NCBI GenBank assembly: GCA_949287425.1 | Contig: CASEGJ010000004.1 | Span: 325,727 to 389,726, forward strand | Direction: 5' to 3' | DNA: 64,000 nucleotides | Source of the DNA: an uncultured Bacillales bacterium | GTDB lineage: Bacteria; Bacillota_I; Bacilli_A; RFN20; CAG-288 | Shown here: positions 1-8,679 of the stretch, piece by piece | Layout: each line of letters starts with the position of its first letter | How positions within the stretch are numbered: the first letter of the stretch is position 1 | The notes under the pieces: generated by a model | Database searches by the model: none | What the model was told of the DNA's origin: nothing | What the model saw: the letters and a program-made list of their open reading frames with translations, nothing else | Translations under genes and position numbers: made by a program

Positions 1-1103
1 CTCAATATGGAGTTAATTATGAAAATATGGATGTTATGGGAAATGTCAATTTTATTCGCGTTAAAAAAATTGAGGGAATTGAATTTTATCAACCGGAAGC
101 TAGTTTAAATATTTATTTTGATGGGGCTCAATTTGTTTGTTCTGGATTTATTGAAGGTAAGAATATTGAAAGAACTTATATTAAAAAGGATAAAAATTCA
201 GTTACTGATGAATTGTTATATCATCTTTCTAACGATTTTAAAAATGATTCTTGCAATTCTTCTGCTTCTTCATTTATTTTGTGGCTTTTAAAATTTTACA
301 CATATAAATTACATACTGATTTAGTTATTGGTGCTGGAATTAATGAAGAATATGGCGCTAAAACTTGGTCAGGTTTATTAGATGCTTTAAATAATGATTT
401 TTATAAAGGCGATTATAAATTTGCTAATGAAATTAAGCATTATGTCGGCAAGGAGTTATTTACTTCTTCTATGGTTTTAAAGACTAGTGGATTTGACGCA
501 TATAAATCTTTAAACAGAGAATTATATATGTTTGAAGCTCACAAATCATTTAACGATCCTAATTGTACTTTATATAAGATTGTTGATTATATTAAAGATC
601 ATAAAGGAACTTCTGTAATTACTTATAACTATGATACTAACCTCGAATATCTTTTAAATAAAAGAGAAATTAGATATACGACAATTTACGATGATAGTTC
701 TTTTGTCAATCTCGATTCTAGCGTCGATATTTATCATGTTCATGGTTTATTGCCTTATGATAAATACAGTGAAAAAAGATTCACGGATTCTTTGATTTTT
801 AACGAATCTGAATATTATTATTTATATAACAATCCATATTCTTGGAACATAGCTAAACAACTTCATGATTTTAAATTTAACACTTGTATTTTTATAGGCA
901 TTTCTTTAACTGATCCTGATATGAAAAGGTTACTTGAACTTGCTAATAACTATTTAAAGTTCAATTTTATCTTTGTTAAGAAAGAGCCGAATTATTCAGA
1001 AACCGTCTATAAAGATATTACGACTTACTTTTTTACTTTTGATTTAATTGCTATTTGGATAGATGAATATTCCGATATCGGTAAATATCTCTCATCTATT
1101 TAA
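1..1103 (+). CDS. SIR2_2-family (PF13289-like) NADase-type protein, 5'-partial; reading frame is open to the window edge, and the first in-window Met is at 27
   Basis: Motifs in expected SIR2_2 order: 'LVIGAGINEEYGAKTWSGLLDAL' (GAGxS..W..LL), 'ITYNYDTNLEYLL' (TTNYD), 'IYHVHGLL' (HGS), 'FNESEYYYLYNNPY', 'IFIGISLTDPDMKRLLE' (GYSxxD). No stop upstream in frame within the window. Confidence 0.6.
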   Translation, partial: QYGVNYENMDVMGNVNFIRVKKIEGIEFYQPEASLNIYFDGAQFVCSGFIEGKNIERTYIKKDKNSVTDELLYHLSNDFKNDSCNSSASSFILWLLKFYTYKLHTDLVIGAGINEEYGAKTWSGLLDALNNDFYKGDYKFANEIKHYVGKELFTSSMVLKTSGFDAYKSLNRELYMFEAHKSFNDPNCTLYKIVDYIKDHKGTSVITYNYDTNLEYLLNKREIRYTTIYDDSSFVNLDSSVDIYHVHGLLPYDKYSEKRFTDSLIFNESEYYYLYNNPYSWNIAKQLHDFKFNTCIFIGISLTDPDMKRLLELANNYLKFNFIFVKKEPNYSETVYKDITTYFFTFDLIAIWIDEYSDIGKYLSSI

Positions 1104-1192
1104 TTTTTGTAAATAAGTTGTAAAATCCAATAAAAAGCTAGTTAATTATCAATATATTTGTCATAATTAATCTGTTGTAAATTTTTTGTTGT

Positions 1193-1210
1193 TTATTTAC
1201 TAGTAAATAA
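1193..1210. promoter_or_regulatory. 18-bp perfect palindrome TTATTTACTAGTAAATAA about 35 bp upstream of the ABC operon start; candidate operator
   Basis: Sequence equals its own reverse complement; located between the SIR2 gene end and the ATPase RBS (GAGGT at 1232-1236). Confidence 0.35.
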
Positions 1211-1245
1211 CTGATAGAATTTAAGTGACAATTGAGGTAGTTAAT

Positions 1246-2769
1246 ATGGAAATTAAAATTAAACATCTAACTAAGGTCTTCCCAGGAGATCCTAAAAAGA
1301 ACATTCAAGATACTGTTGCTGTCGATGATTTAAATATCGATATTAAAGATGGTGAATTAATTGGATTACTAGGTCCTTCTGGCTGTGGTAAATCTACCAC
1401 TTTATATATGTTAGCTGGTTTAAAAGCTCCTACTAGTGGGGAAATTTGGTTTGGCGATGATGATGTTACTCATCTTGCTCCTGAAAAAAGAGGTATCGGT
1501 TTAGTTTTCCAAAACTACGCTTTATATCCTCATATGACTGTTTATGATAATGTTAAATTTCCTTTAACTAATCTTAGAATTTCTAAAATTAAAGTCAATC
1601 AGAAGATTTTAGATAATTTGAAAATAATTGAACTTATTAGCAATAATTTAGATGAAGTTATCGATTTAATTAAATCGTCAACTTACAAGAATAAACTTTC
1701 AAAAGAAGTTGCAAGTAGAAAATTAGTCTTTAAATTTCACATTGTAACTTTATTGGCCAAAAGAATATTTAAACTAGGTCTCCAATATGAAACTAGTGAA
1801 AATCTTTCTAACAAAGTTCAACAAATTATCGATGAATTAAATGCTAAAAATAAAGCAATCTTAGATTTCTTAGCTAAGAAAAACATTAAATTAAATGAAA
1901 AATATGAATATATCGATGAAAACAATCAACCTGTTAGAGAAACTAGAAGGTTAACTAAAGATGAAATTGACGCATTAATTCAAGAAACTGCTAGATTAGT
2001 TCAAATTAATGAATATCTCGATAGAAAACCTTCTGAACTTTCTGGTGGTCAACAACAGCGTGTCGCTATTGCTCGTGCTTTAGTTAAAAAACCTAGAGTC
2101 TTACTTTTAGATGAACCACTATCTAACTTAGATGCTAGATTAAGATTACAAACTAGAGAAGAAATTAGAAGAATTCAAAAAGAAACTGGTATTACTACTG
2201 TCTTTGTCACTCATGACCAAGAAGAAGCTATGTCAATTTGCGATGATATTGTCGTTATGAAACTCGGGGTTGAAATGCAAAAGAATCACCCTCAAAACGT
2301 CTACGATGATCCTCATAACTTATTTGTCGCTAAGTTTTTAGGAACTCCTCCTATCAATGTTTTTGAAGGATATATTAAAGATAACAAAGTCTATATTGGC
2401 GATGAAGTTATCTATAAAGGTAAACGCGCAAGTAAACTAGAAGAAAAAGAAGAATTTAAAGATGGTAAAGTCTATATTGGAATTAGACCTGAAGGCTTTA
2501 TTTATCTTGAAAATAAATCTGAAGCTAAAGAAAGATTAACTATGGAAGTTAAACAACTTTCAACTATGGGTAGAGATATGTCTTTAATTTGTACTAATCC
2601 ATTTTTAAATCAAGATGATGAAGCTAAAATTATCATTGATTCCTCTACTAAAGTTGAATTAGGTAAACAAAGTTTTGCTATCAAATTAGATAAGATGTTT
2701 GTTTTTGATGGTGAAACTGAAGAAAGAATATATTTAAGAGGACAAGTTAATTATGGAAACCAAGAATAA
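1246..2769 (+). CDS. Sugar-type ABC transporter ATP-binding protein (MalK/UgpC/MsmK family) with a ~150-aa insertion in the helical subdomain; ORF track starts at GTG 1225, the ATG at 1246 with RBS is preferred
   Basis: Walker [11 protein letters not shown]-loop [17 protein letters not shown], signature [15 protein letters not shown], Walker [13 protein letters not shown]-loop VTHDQ, C-terminal TOBE-like domain. Aligns with paralog start [12 protein letters not shown] at 14033. Confidence 0.85.
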   Translation: MEIKIKHLTKVFPGDPKKNIQDTVAVDDLNIDIKDGELIGLLGPSGCGKSTTLYMLAGLKAPTSGEIWFGDDDVTHLAPEKRGIGLVFQNYALYPHMTVYDNVKFPLTNLRISKIKVNQKILDNLKIIELISNNLDEVIDLIKSSTYKNKLSKEVASRKLVFKFHIVTLLAKRIFKLGLQYETSENLSNKVQQIIDELNAKNKAILDFLAKKNIKLNEKYEYIDENNQPVRETRRLTKDEIDALIQETARLVQINEYLDRKPSELSGGQQQRVAIARALVKKPRVLLLDEPLSNLDARLRLQTREEIRRIQKETGITTVFVTHDQEEAMSICDDIVVMKLGVEMQKNHPQNVYDDPHNLFVAKFLGTPPINVFEGYIKDNKVYIGDEVIYKGKRASKLEEKEEFKDGKVYIGIRPEGFIYLENKSEAKERLTMEVKQLSTMGRDMSLICTNPFLNQDDEAKIIIDSSTKVELGKQSFAIKLDKMFVFDGETEERIYLRGQVNYGNQE

Positions 2770-3697
2770 CTATAAGGCTTGGCTATATTTAGCGCCTGTT
2801 ATCATTTTGATGGCAGTGTTTACTTTCTATCCTATCTTGAATACTTTCTATATTTCCTTTTTAAAAGGGTATAACTATATTAATGGTACTTTTAGAGGTT
2901 TTACTTTTGATAATTACATCGATGTTTTAACTCCTGTTTTGCATTCTGGACCTGGTACTAATTTCGAATCTGTTATGCAGATTGCTTTACCAAATACGAT
3001 GTTACTTACTGTTGTGACTGTTCCTTGTTCAATTGGTCTAGCCTTATTAATTGCTATCGGGTTAAATTCTATTCCTTTTTTAAAGAAGATTTTCCAAACT
3101 ATTTTCTTTTTACCTTATGTAACTAACGCTATTGCTATTGGTATGGTTTTTAGTGTTATTTTCGATACTGATTACGGTATTTTTAACTCTATTTTAGGTT
3201 TAGGCAAATTTCCTTGGATTTATCCTTCACCTTCAACTGGTGAAGCTGTTAATTATTGGTCAGCTTTTCTAGCTATATGTATCTATATAGTTTGGCATTC
3301 TTTACCTTATAAGATTTTGATTTTCTTAGGTGGGTTGCAAAATATTGATAAACAATATTATGAAGCGGCTCAAATTGATGGTGCTAATAAGTTAAAAACT
3401 TCTTGGAAGATTACTGTGCCTTTACTTTCTCCTCAGATTTTATATGTCTGTATTACTTCCTTTATCGGGGCATTTAAAGAATATAATTCTGTAATTGGTC
3501 TATTTGGTACAGCTGGAGGTGCTTTTGATCAAAATACCGGTCCGAGAAATATGACTACTATGGTTTATTTTATCTATGACCAGATTGCTAAAAACAAGGT
3601 TCAATACGCTTCTGCAGCTGCGGTTATACTATTTATTATTATTATGATATTTACCGCGCTTCAGTTCTATGTTTCTAAAAAGAGGGTACATTATTAA
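2753..3697 (+). CDS. ABC transporter permease (MalF/UgpA-like), 6 TM, EAA-loop region
   Basis: Hydrophobic helices; overlaps ATPase stop by 17 nt; paralog at 15530 ([15 protein letters not shown] vs [15 protein letters not shown]). Confidence 0.8.
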   Translation: METKNNYKAWLYLAPVIILMAVFTFYPILNTFYISFLKGYNYINGTFRGFTFDNYIDVLTPVLHSGPGTNFESVMQIALPNTMLLTVVTVPCSIGLALLIAIGLNSIPFLKKIFQTIFFLPYVTNAIAIGMVFSVIFDTDYGIFNSILGLGKFPWIYPSPSTGEAVNYWSAFLAICIYIVWHSLPYKILIFLGGLQNIDKQYYEAAQIDGANKLKTSWKITVPLLSPQILYVCITSFIGAFKEYNSVIGLFGTAGGAFDQNTGPRNMTTMVYFIYDQIAKNKVQYASAAAVILFIIIMIFTALQFYVSKKRVHY

Positions 3698-3699
3698 TT

Positions 3700-4632
3700 A
3701 TGAATGCTTTAAATGATGTTAGTACCACACTGGTATTAAAAAACGACAAGTTCAATATTGAAACTAAGCAGAAATTAACAAAGATCGGTAAAGTAATCAG
3801 TTTAATTATTACTTACGCTTTCTTGTTATTTATGGCTTTGTTAGTTATCTTCCCGTTTTATTGGATGATTATTACTTCTTTAAAATCCGGGGCTGAAATT
3901 AAAGCTGTCGTTCCTACTTATTGGCCAATGACAGTAAGATGGGATAACTATACTACCGCTTTTACTAGATTGAATTTTGGCACTTTGCTTACAAATACAT
4001 TAATCGTTGGTATCTTTTCAACTATAGGTACTTTAATTACTACTATTTTAGCGGCCTTTGCTTTTGCTAGATTGGAATTTAAAGGTAGAGATTTGATGTT
4101 TTCTTTACTTTTAGCAACGATGATGATTCCTGGTGAAATGATGGTTATTTCTAATTATATTTCCGTCTCTTTATTTGGAATGACAGGTGGAACAAATATA
4201 ATCGGTGGTTATGCTGCTATGATTTTGCCATTTATGATTTCTGTATTTTATATCTATTTATTAAGGCAAAATTTCAAACAGATTCCTAACGAGTTATATT
4301 TAGCTGCTAAAGTCGATGGTAAAACTGACTGGGCTTATTTGTGGAAAGTTATGGTTCCACTTGCGATGCCGACTTTAATCACTATCTTTATTTTAAAGTT
4401 GATGGGGGCGTGGAACTCTTATGTCTGGCCTAATTTAATCGCTTCAGGTAATAAAGATTTATATTTGATTACTAATGGTTTAAGAGAGACTTTCTCAACT
4501 GCTAACGATATCGATAACTATGGTATTCAAATGGCTGGTACTGTTATTGTTACTGTTCCTTTGTTGCTGTTATTTATTTTCTTTAGAAAATATATTATGC
4601 GCGGGGTTGGTAGAGCAGGTATCAAAGGATAA
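3700..4632 (+). CDS. ABC transporter permease (MalG/UgpE-like)
   Basis: Conserved 'LYLAAKVDGKTDWAYLWKVMVPLAMPTL' EAA motif region; C-terminal 'FRKYIMRGVGRAGIKG' shared with paralog at 16468. Confidence 0.8.
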   Translation: MNALNDVSTTLVLKNDKFNIETKQKLTKIGKVISLIITYAFLLFMALLVIFPFYWMIITSLKSGAEIKAVVPTYWPMTVRWDNYTTAFTRLNFGTLLTNTLIVGIFSTIGTLITTILAAFAFARLEFKGRDLMFSLLLATMMIPGEMMVISNYISVSLFGMTGGTNIIGGYAAMILPFMISVFYIYLLRQNFKQIPNELYLAAKVDGKTDWAYLWKVMVPLAMPTLITIFILKLMGAWNSYVWPNLIASGNKDLYLITNGLRETFSTANDIDNYGIQMAGTVIVTVPLLLLFIFFRKYIMRGVGRAGIKG

Positions 4633-4687
4633 TATGTTAAAATAATAATGATGGATATAGATATATTTATAGAAAAGGGGAATAAAA

Positions 4688-6247
4688 ATGAAAAATAGCG
4701 TTAAAAAAATATCTAAGTTGTTTTTGTTAGTTACTATGTTAGCTGGATTAAGCTCATGTGATTTTACACCAGGTGGGCCTACTAATATCGGCGGAAATCC
4801 TATTGTTGATGATACTTTACCAAGTGATGATCCAACTAGTGAAATTAACATTGTCTTCTGGGAATGTTTAGGAGGAGCTAAAGAAGGTAATTTAGGTATA
4901 ATTGCCGATAAGTTTAATCAACAATATGCAGGAAAATATCACATTGACCTTAAAAAGATTGCTGGTGATTACGATTCTTTACACGATACTGTTAAAACAA
5001 GATTATCTTCAGGTGAAGTTCCAGCTTTATGTATGGGTTATCCTGATTCATTCTCTGAATATATTTCTAATTATATCGATGAATCTTCTATTTTGAGATT
5101 GGATAATTTTATTAACGATGAAACTTATGGTTATTCTGAAACTGAATTGAAAGATTTCGTTTCTGCTTATTATAATGAAGGTAATCATTATCAGTTTGAA
5201 GGTACTTGGTCTATGCCAATGTATAAATCTACTGAAGTTATGTATTATAACTATAACTATTTTGCTGGTGATAACCCTCAAACTAATAAAAAGTTAGCTA
5301 ACGATAGCCAATATCAAGAGTTAAAAAAGAAAGTTAGTGCTGGTGGAGCTACTGCTAGTGTTACTGATTTAGATGCTTTAAAAGAATATACTGCTAGTAA
5401 AGGTGGATATACTTATAACGTTCCTAAAACTTGGGATGAAATGATTCAAGTAGCTAGCAAGATGAAACAAGATATGCAAACTGAATCAATTAACAGCGAA
5501 TTCTATCCTATTGGGTATGATTCAGATGCTAACTTATTAATTACTCAATTTGCTCAAAGAAATATCGATTATACAACTAACGATGAAGCTAGCCAAGAAG
5601 ATCCTAGCAAGCATTTTACCTTTAATAATTCATCTGCTAAAGAATTTGTCACAGATTTAATCGAGGATTTAATTGAACCTAAACTTATGATTACTAAAGG
5701 TACTTTAGGTGGAGATAAATATACTAACACTTACTTTAACGATGGTAGATTAGCTATGTCAATTGGTTCAACTGGTGGCTCTTCTTATCAAGTTAGTGCT
5801 AACTTTAGAGTTGGTTTAGCCCCTGTTCCATATTCAGGAACCACTCCTAAATATATTCAGCAAGGTCCTTCTATCTGTTTCTTTAATAACTTTGATTCTT
5901 ACGTTCATAAAGGAGCCTGGTTATTTTATAAGATGTTAGCTGAACCTGAAAATAACGCTAGTTTAGCTTTGGAAAACTCTTACGATCCAATTAGAGTTTC
6001 TTCTTATGAAACTGATCAATATGAAAGTTGGATTGCTAATGCTGGTAAAGGAACCTTAGCTTACGATATTCCTCAAATTACTTCTACTTTAAAAAATTAC
6101 TATATGACTAGTGAAGTCTTTGTCGGTTCTTCTACTGCTAGAACTGAAATTGGCAAAATCATTCAAAATATCTATTCTTCTAATATGAGTGTTGATGACG
6201 CTTTCTTAGCAGCATATAACACCTGTGTTAGAGCTGTTGAAGACTAA
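4688..6247 (+). CDS. Lipoprotein, extracellular solute-binding protein of the ABC importer
   Basis: Signal peptide plus lipobox LAGLSSC; size and position typical of an SBP; paralogous arrangement at 17479. Confidence 0.65.
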   Translation: MKNSVKKISKLFLLVTMLAGLSSCDFTPGGPTNIGGNPIVDDTLPSDDPTSEINIVFWECLGGAKEGNLGIIADKFNQQYAGKYHIDLKKIAGDYDSLHDTVKTRLSSGEVPALCMGYPDSFSEYISNYIDESSILRLDNFINDETYGYSETELKDFVSAYYNEGNHYQFEGTWSMPMYKSTEVMYYNYNYFAGDNPQTNKKLANDSQYQELKKKVSAGGATASVTDLDALKEYTASKGGYTYNVPKTWDEMIQVASKMKQDMQTESINSEFYPIGYDSDANLLITQFAQRNIDYTTNDEASQEDPSKHFTFNNSSAKEFVTDLIEDLIEPKLMITKGTLGGDKYTNTYFNDGRLAMSIGSTGGSSYQVSANFRVGLAPVPYSGTTPKYIQQGPSICFFNNFDSYVHKGAWLFYKMLAEPENNASLALENSYDPIRVSSYETDQYESWIANAGKGTLAYDIPQITSTLKNYYMTSEVFVGSSTARTEIGKIIQNIYSSNMSVDDAFLAAYNTCVRAVED

Positions 6248-6270
6248 TTGTTAAAGCAAGGAGAAAAAAT

Positions 6271-8145
6271 ATGAACTCAAGTATTAAAAAGGTCTCTTTT
6301 CTTTCATTAAGTGTTATTGCTAGTTTATCTTTAATTTCATGTAGCGTTACTTCTAAAGAACCAGCTAGCGCTAGCTATAGAGATTTAACCGCTAATTCTG
6401 AATATGGTAAGATTTCCGATTATAACTTACAAAATGGAGAAGAATTAAAAGAAGGTGATGTCTTGGAATTTAAAGTAACTCCAAGTGAAGATTTCTTGAT
6501 TGATAAAGTTACTGTTAATGGTGAAGATGCTACTCCTATTGAAAATAAAACTAACTATTATTCATACACTTTAAAAGCTGGTGTCAATAGAATTAGCGCC
6601 ACTTATAAAATAGATACTACTATTGATTTTGTCAGCAAATTCAAACTCAATATTTCTGATAAACTTTTCCAAGAAGTTATGGATGTCCCTGATGGAGCTA
6701 CTCAAGCTGATCCAACTGCTCCTGATTTTAGGCAAGACGGTATTGAAAAAATCAACATGAATGGTTTTATTAACTATGTCGATGGTGATACTACTCATGT
6801 TGAAACTTTAAATTACGGTTATACTGTTAAAATTAGATATTTGGGAATCGATACTCCTGAATCCACTTCTGAAATTGAAAAGTGGGGTAAATCTGCTTCT
6901 AATTTCAATAAAGAAATTCTTTCTAATGCTAAACACATTATTTTAGAAGGCCAAGGAGTTGCTAAAAATGGTGAAAAAGCTCCTGCTACTGCTGATGGTA
7001 ATCAACGTTCATTAGCTTATGTTTGGTATACTGATGTCGAACAACCTACTAAAGCTGATTTTAGATGCTTAAATCTTGAAATGGTCTATAATGGCTATTC
7101 GTTTGGTATTGGTTCTAAAGAAGAAATGGGCGATTATTTCTATTCCTATTTTGATAAAGCTAGTAAATCAGCTGAAGCTAGAAAGCTTCACGTTTATTCT
7201 GATGATAACGATCCTAACTATTACGATTGGGAGAAAAACCCTGTCCAAGAATTAACTTTAAAGAAATTATATGAATCTTCTTCTACTGGACCAGAATCTT
7301 CTATATTTGCCAATACTAATAATCAATCCTTATACAAGATTTCAGGTTATGTTTCTAGAAAATTAGAAACTGCTTTCTATATTCAAGATAAGCCTGAATA
7401 TACTAGAGGACCTAATGGTGAACTTCCTGAAGCTTATGGTATTTATGTATTTACTTATGCTAATACACCTATTCAAGAAGGAGATTATGTCGAAGTAATT
7501 GGAGCGATAACTACCTATGGTGGTTCTTATCAAATGCAAGGAATTTCTTATCATACTATTAATCCAGATCCTAGAAGAGATACTATTATTAAATCTTCAG
7601 GTCATAAGATTGTTCCTTTAGAAGTTAGTTATGAAGAATTTTATTCAACTCAATTTTCTAACACTAATAAATTAAATAACGTTTTAATTACTTTGGAAGA
7701 AGAAATTTATCCATATGTTAAAACTAATAATCATGGTTCAATGTGTGAAGGTGGAACAATGGAAATTAATAAATACAATGAAAAATATCCATTTTATAAC
7801 ACCAATAATAAGATTATTTGCTACGCCAAATATGGCTCAGCTAATTCTAATCAAGATTTGAGATTTGTCTCTTCTGAAGAAGTTTTACTCGATTATCAAG
7901 GTCAAACAGCTTTATCGTATCAATTCTTCACAGGAGGAACTAATATTTATAATCCTCATGGAGCTGAATACGCTAATACTAACGAAGATAATCCATATAA
8001 AGATGAGACAATTACTACCACATATCAGCCAAAGAAAATGAAAGTGACCGCTATTTCTCAATACTATGTTTCGACTTCTGGTTCAACAACTATGTATTCA
8101 GCAATTATCACTAATAAAGCTGATGTAGTTATTTCTACTTATTAA
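6271..8145 (+). CDS. Membrane nuclease lipoprotein with thermonuclease (SNase) domain and C-terminal OB-fold-like region
   Basis: Lipobox SLISCS; 'VDGDTTHVETL..VKIRYLGIDTPES...EKWGKSASNF..AKHIILE....GNQRSLAYVWYTD' parallels S. aureus nuclease 'IDGDTVKL..FRLLLVDTPET..GPEASAF..AKKIEVEF..GRGLAYIYADG'. Confidence 0.8.
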   Translation: MNSSIKKVSFLSLSVIASLSLISCSVTSKEPASASYRDLTANSEYGKISDYNLQNGEELKEGDVLEFKVTPSEDFLIDKVTVNGEDATPIENKTNYYSYTLKAGVNRISATYKIDTTIDFVSKFKLNISDKLFQEVMDVPDGATQADPTAPDFRQDGIEKINMNGFINYVDGDTTHVETLNYGYTVKIRYLGIDTPESTSEIEKWGKSASNFNKEILSNAKHIILEGQGVAKNGEKAPATADGNQRSLAYVWYTDVEQPTKADFRCLNLEMVYNGYSFGIGSKEEMGDYFYSYFDKASKSAEARKLHVYSDDNDPNYYDWEKNPVQELTLKKLYESSSTGPESSIFANTNNQSLYKISGYVSRKLETAFYIQDKPEYTRGPNGELPEAYGIYVFTYANTPIQEGDYVEVIGAITTYGGSYQMQGISYHTINPDPRRDTIIKSSGHKIVPLEVSYEEFYSTQFSNTNKLNNVLITLEEEIYPYVKTNNHGSMCEGGTMEINKYNEKYPFYNTNNKIICYAKYGSANSNQDLRFVSSEEVLLDYQGQTALSYQFFTGGTNIYNPHGAEYANTNEDNPYKDETITTTYQPKKMKVTAISQYYVSTSGSTTMYSAIITNKADVVISTY

Positions 8146-8191
8146 AAAAAATCTATTAAATTTTATAGAACTTAAAACAAGAGGAAAGAAT

Positions 8192-8629
8192 ATGAAAGTT
8201 TGTCCAAAATGCCATTCTATTATTAAAGATGAAAGTTTATCTACTTGTCCAAAATGTCAAGAAGAGCTTTTAAACATCTCTAAGAACAACACTGATATTC
8301 CTTCTAGCAAAGTTAGTGAACTTTCTAATTTCTATCATCAAGATGATGTTAGAGAACATGAAAAAGTTCAAAATGGCCTTTGCTTAGTTGTTTTAGGTTC
8401 TATTTCTTTAATAATAGGTGTTTTATTTATCATATTATCTTTAAAAAAGAGAACTAATAAGATTATCGGTATTAATTTTGCTTCTTTGCAATTTATTATC
8501 TGTGTTATCTGTTTAACTATCGGTATTATTCTTTTAGTCTATGGGTTAGTAAAAATTATATTAGCCCAGAATAAAAGATCTAAATACAAACTTATTATTC
8601 AAGAGTTAGCTAGCTTGAAAAGTAAGTAG
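8192..8629 (+). CDS. Zinc-ribbon (CxxC...CxxC) membrane protein
   Basis: N-terminal 'CPKCHSII...CPKCQ' followed by two or three TM helices; paralog at 19184. Confidence 0.6.
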   Translation: MKVCPKCHSIIKDESLSTCPKCQEELLNISKNNTDIPSSKVSELSNFYHQDDVREHEKVQNGLCLVVLGSISLIIGVLFIILSLKKRTNKIIGINFASLQFIICVICLTIGIILLVYGLVKIILAQNKRSKYKLIIQELASLKSK

Positions 8630-8679
8630 CCTTACTAGCTAAATGAAATTTTTTTCAAAATTATAAGGGAGGGAAATTA

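Noticed and set aside
1225-1245. GTG start for ATPase 1
   Set aside because: Paralog 2 begins [12 protein letters not shown], which aligns with [12 protein letters not shown] at ATG 1246, and this ATG has a GAGGT RBS.
4570-4851. 93-aa minus-strand ORF overlapping the permease/SBP junction
   Set aside because: Lies antisense to two well-supported genes; low-complexity translation. It is typical of the spurious reverse-frame ORFs that AT-rich coding DNA throws up.
5048-5281. Minus-strand 77-aa ORF and plus-strand 64-aa ORF (4902..5096) inside the SBP gene
   Set aside because: Embedded in or antisense to a 519-aa lipoprotein gene; Ile/Phe/Asn-rich nonsense typical of an off-frame translation.
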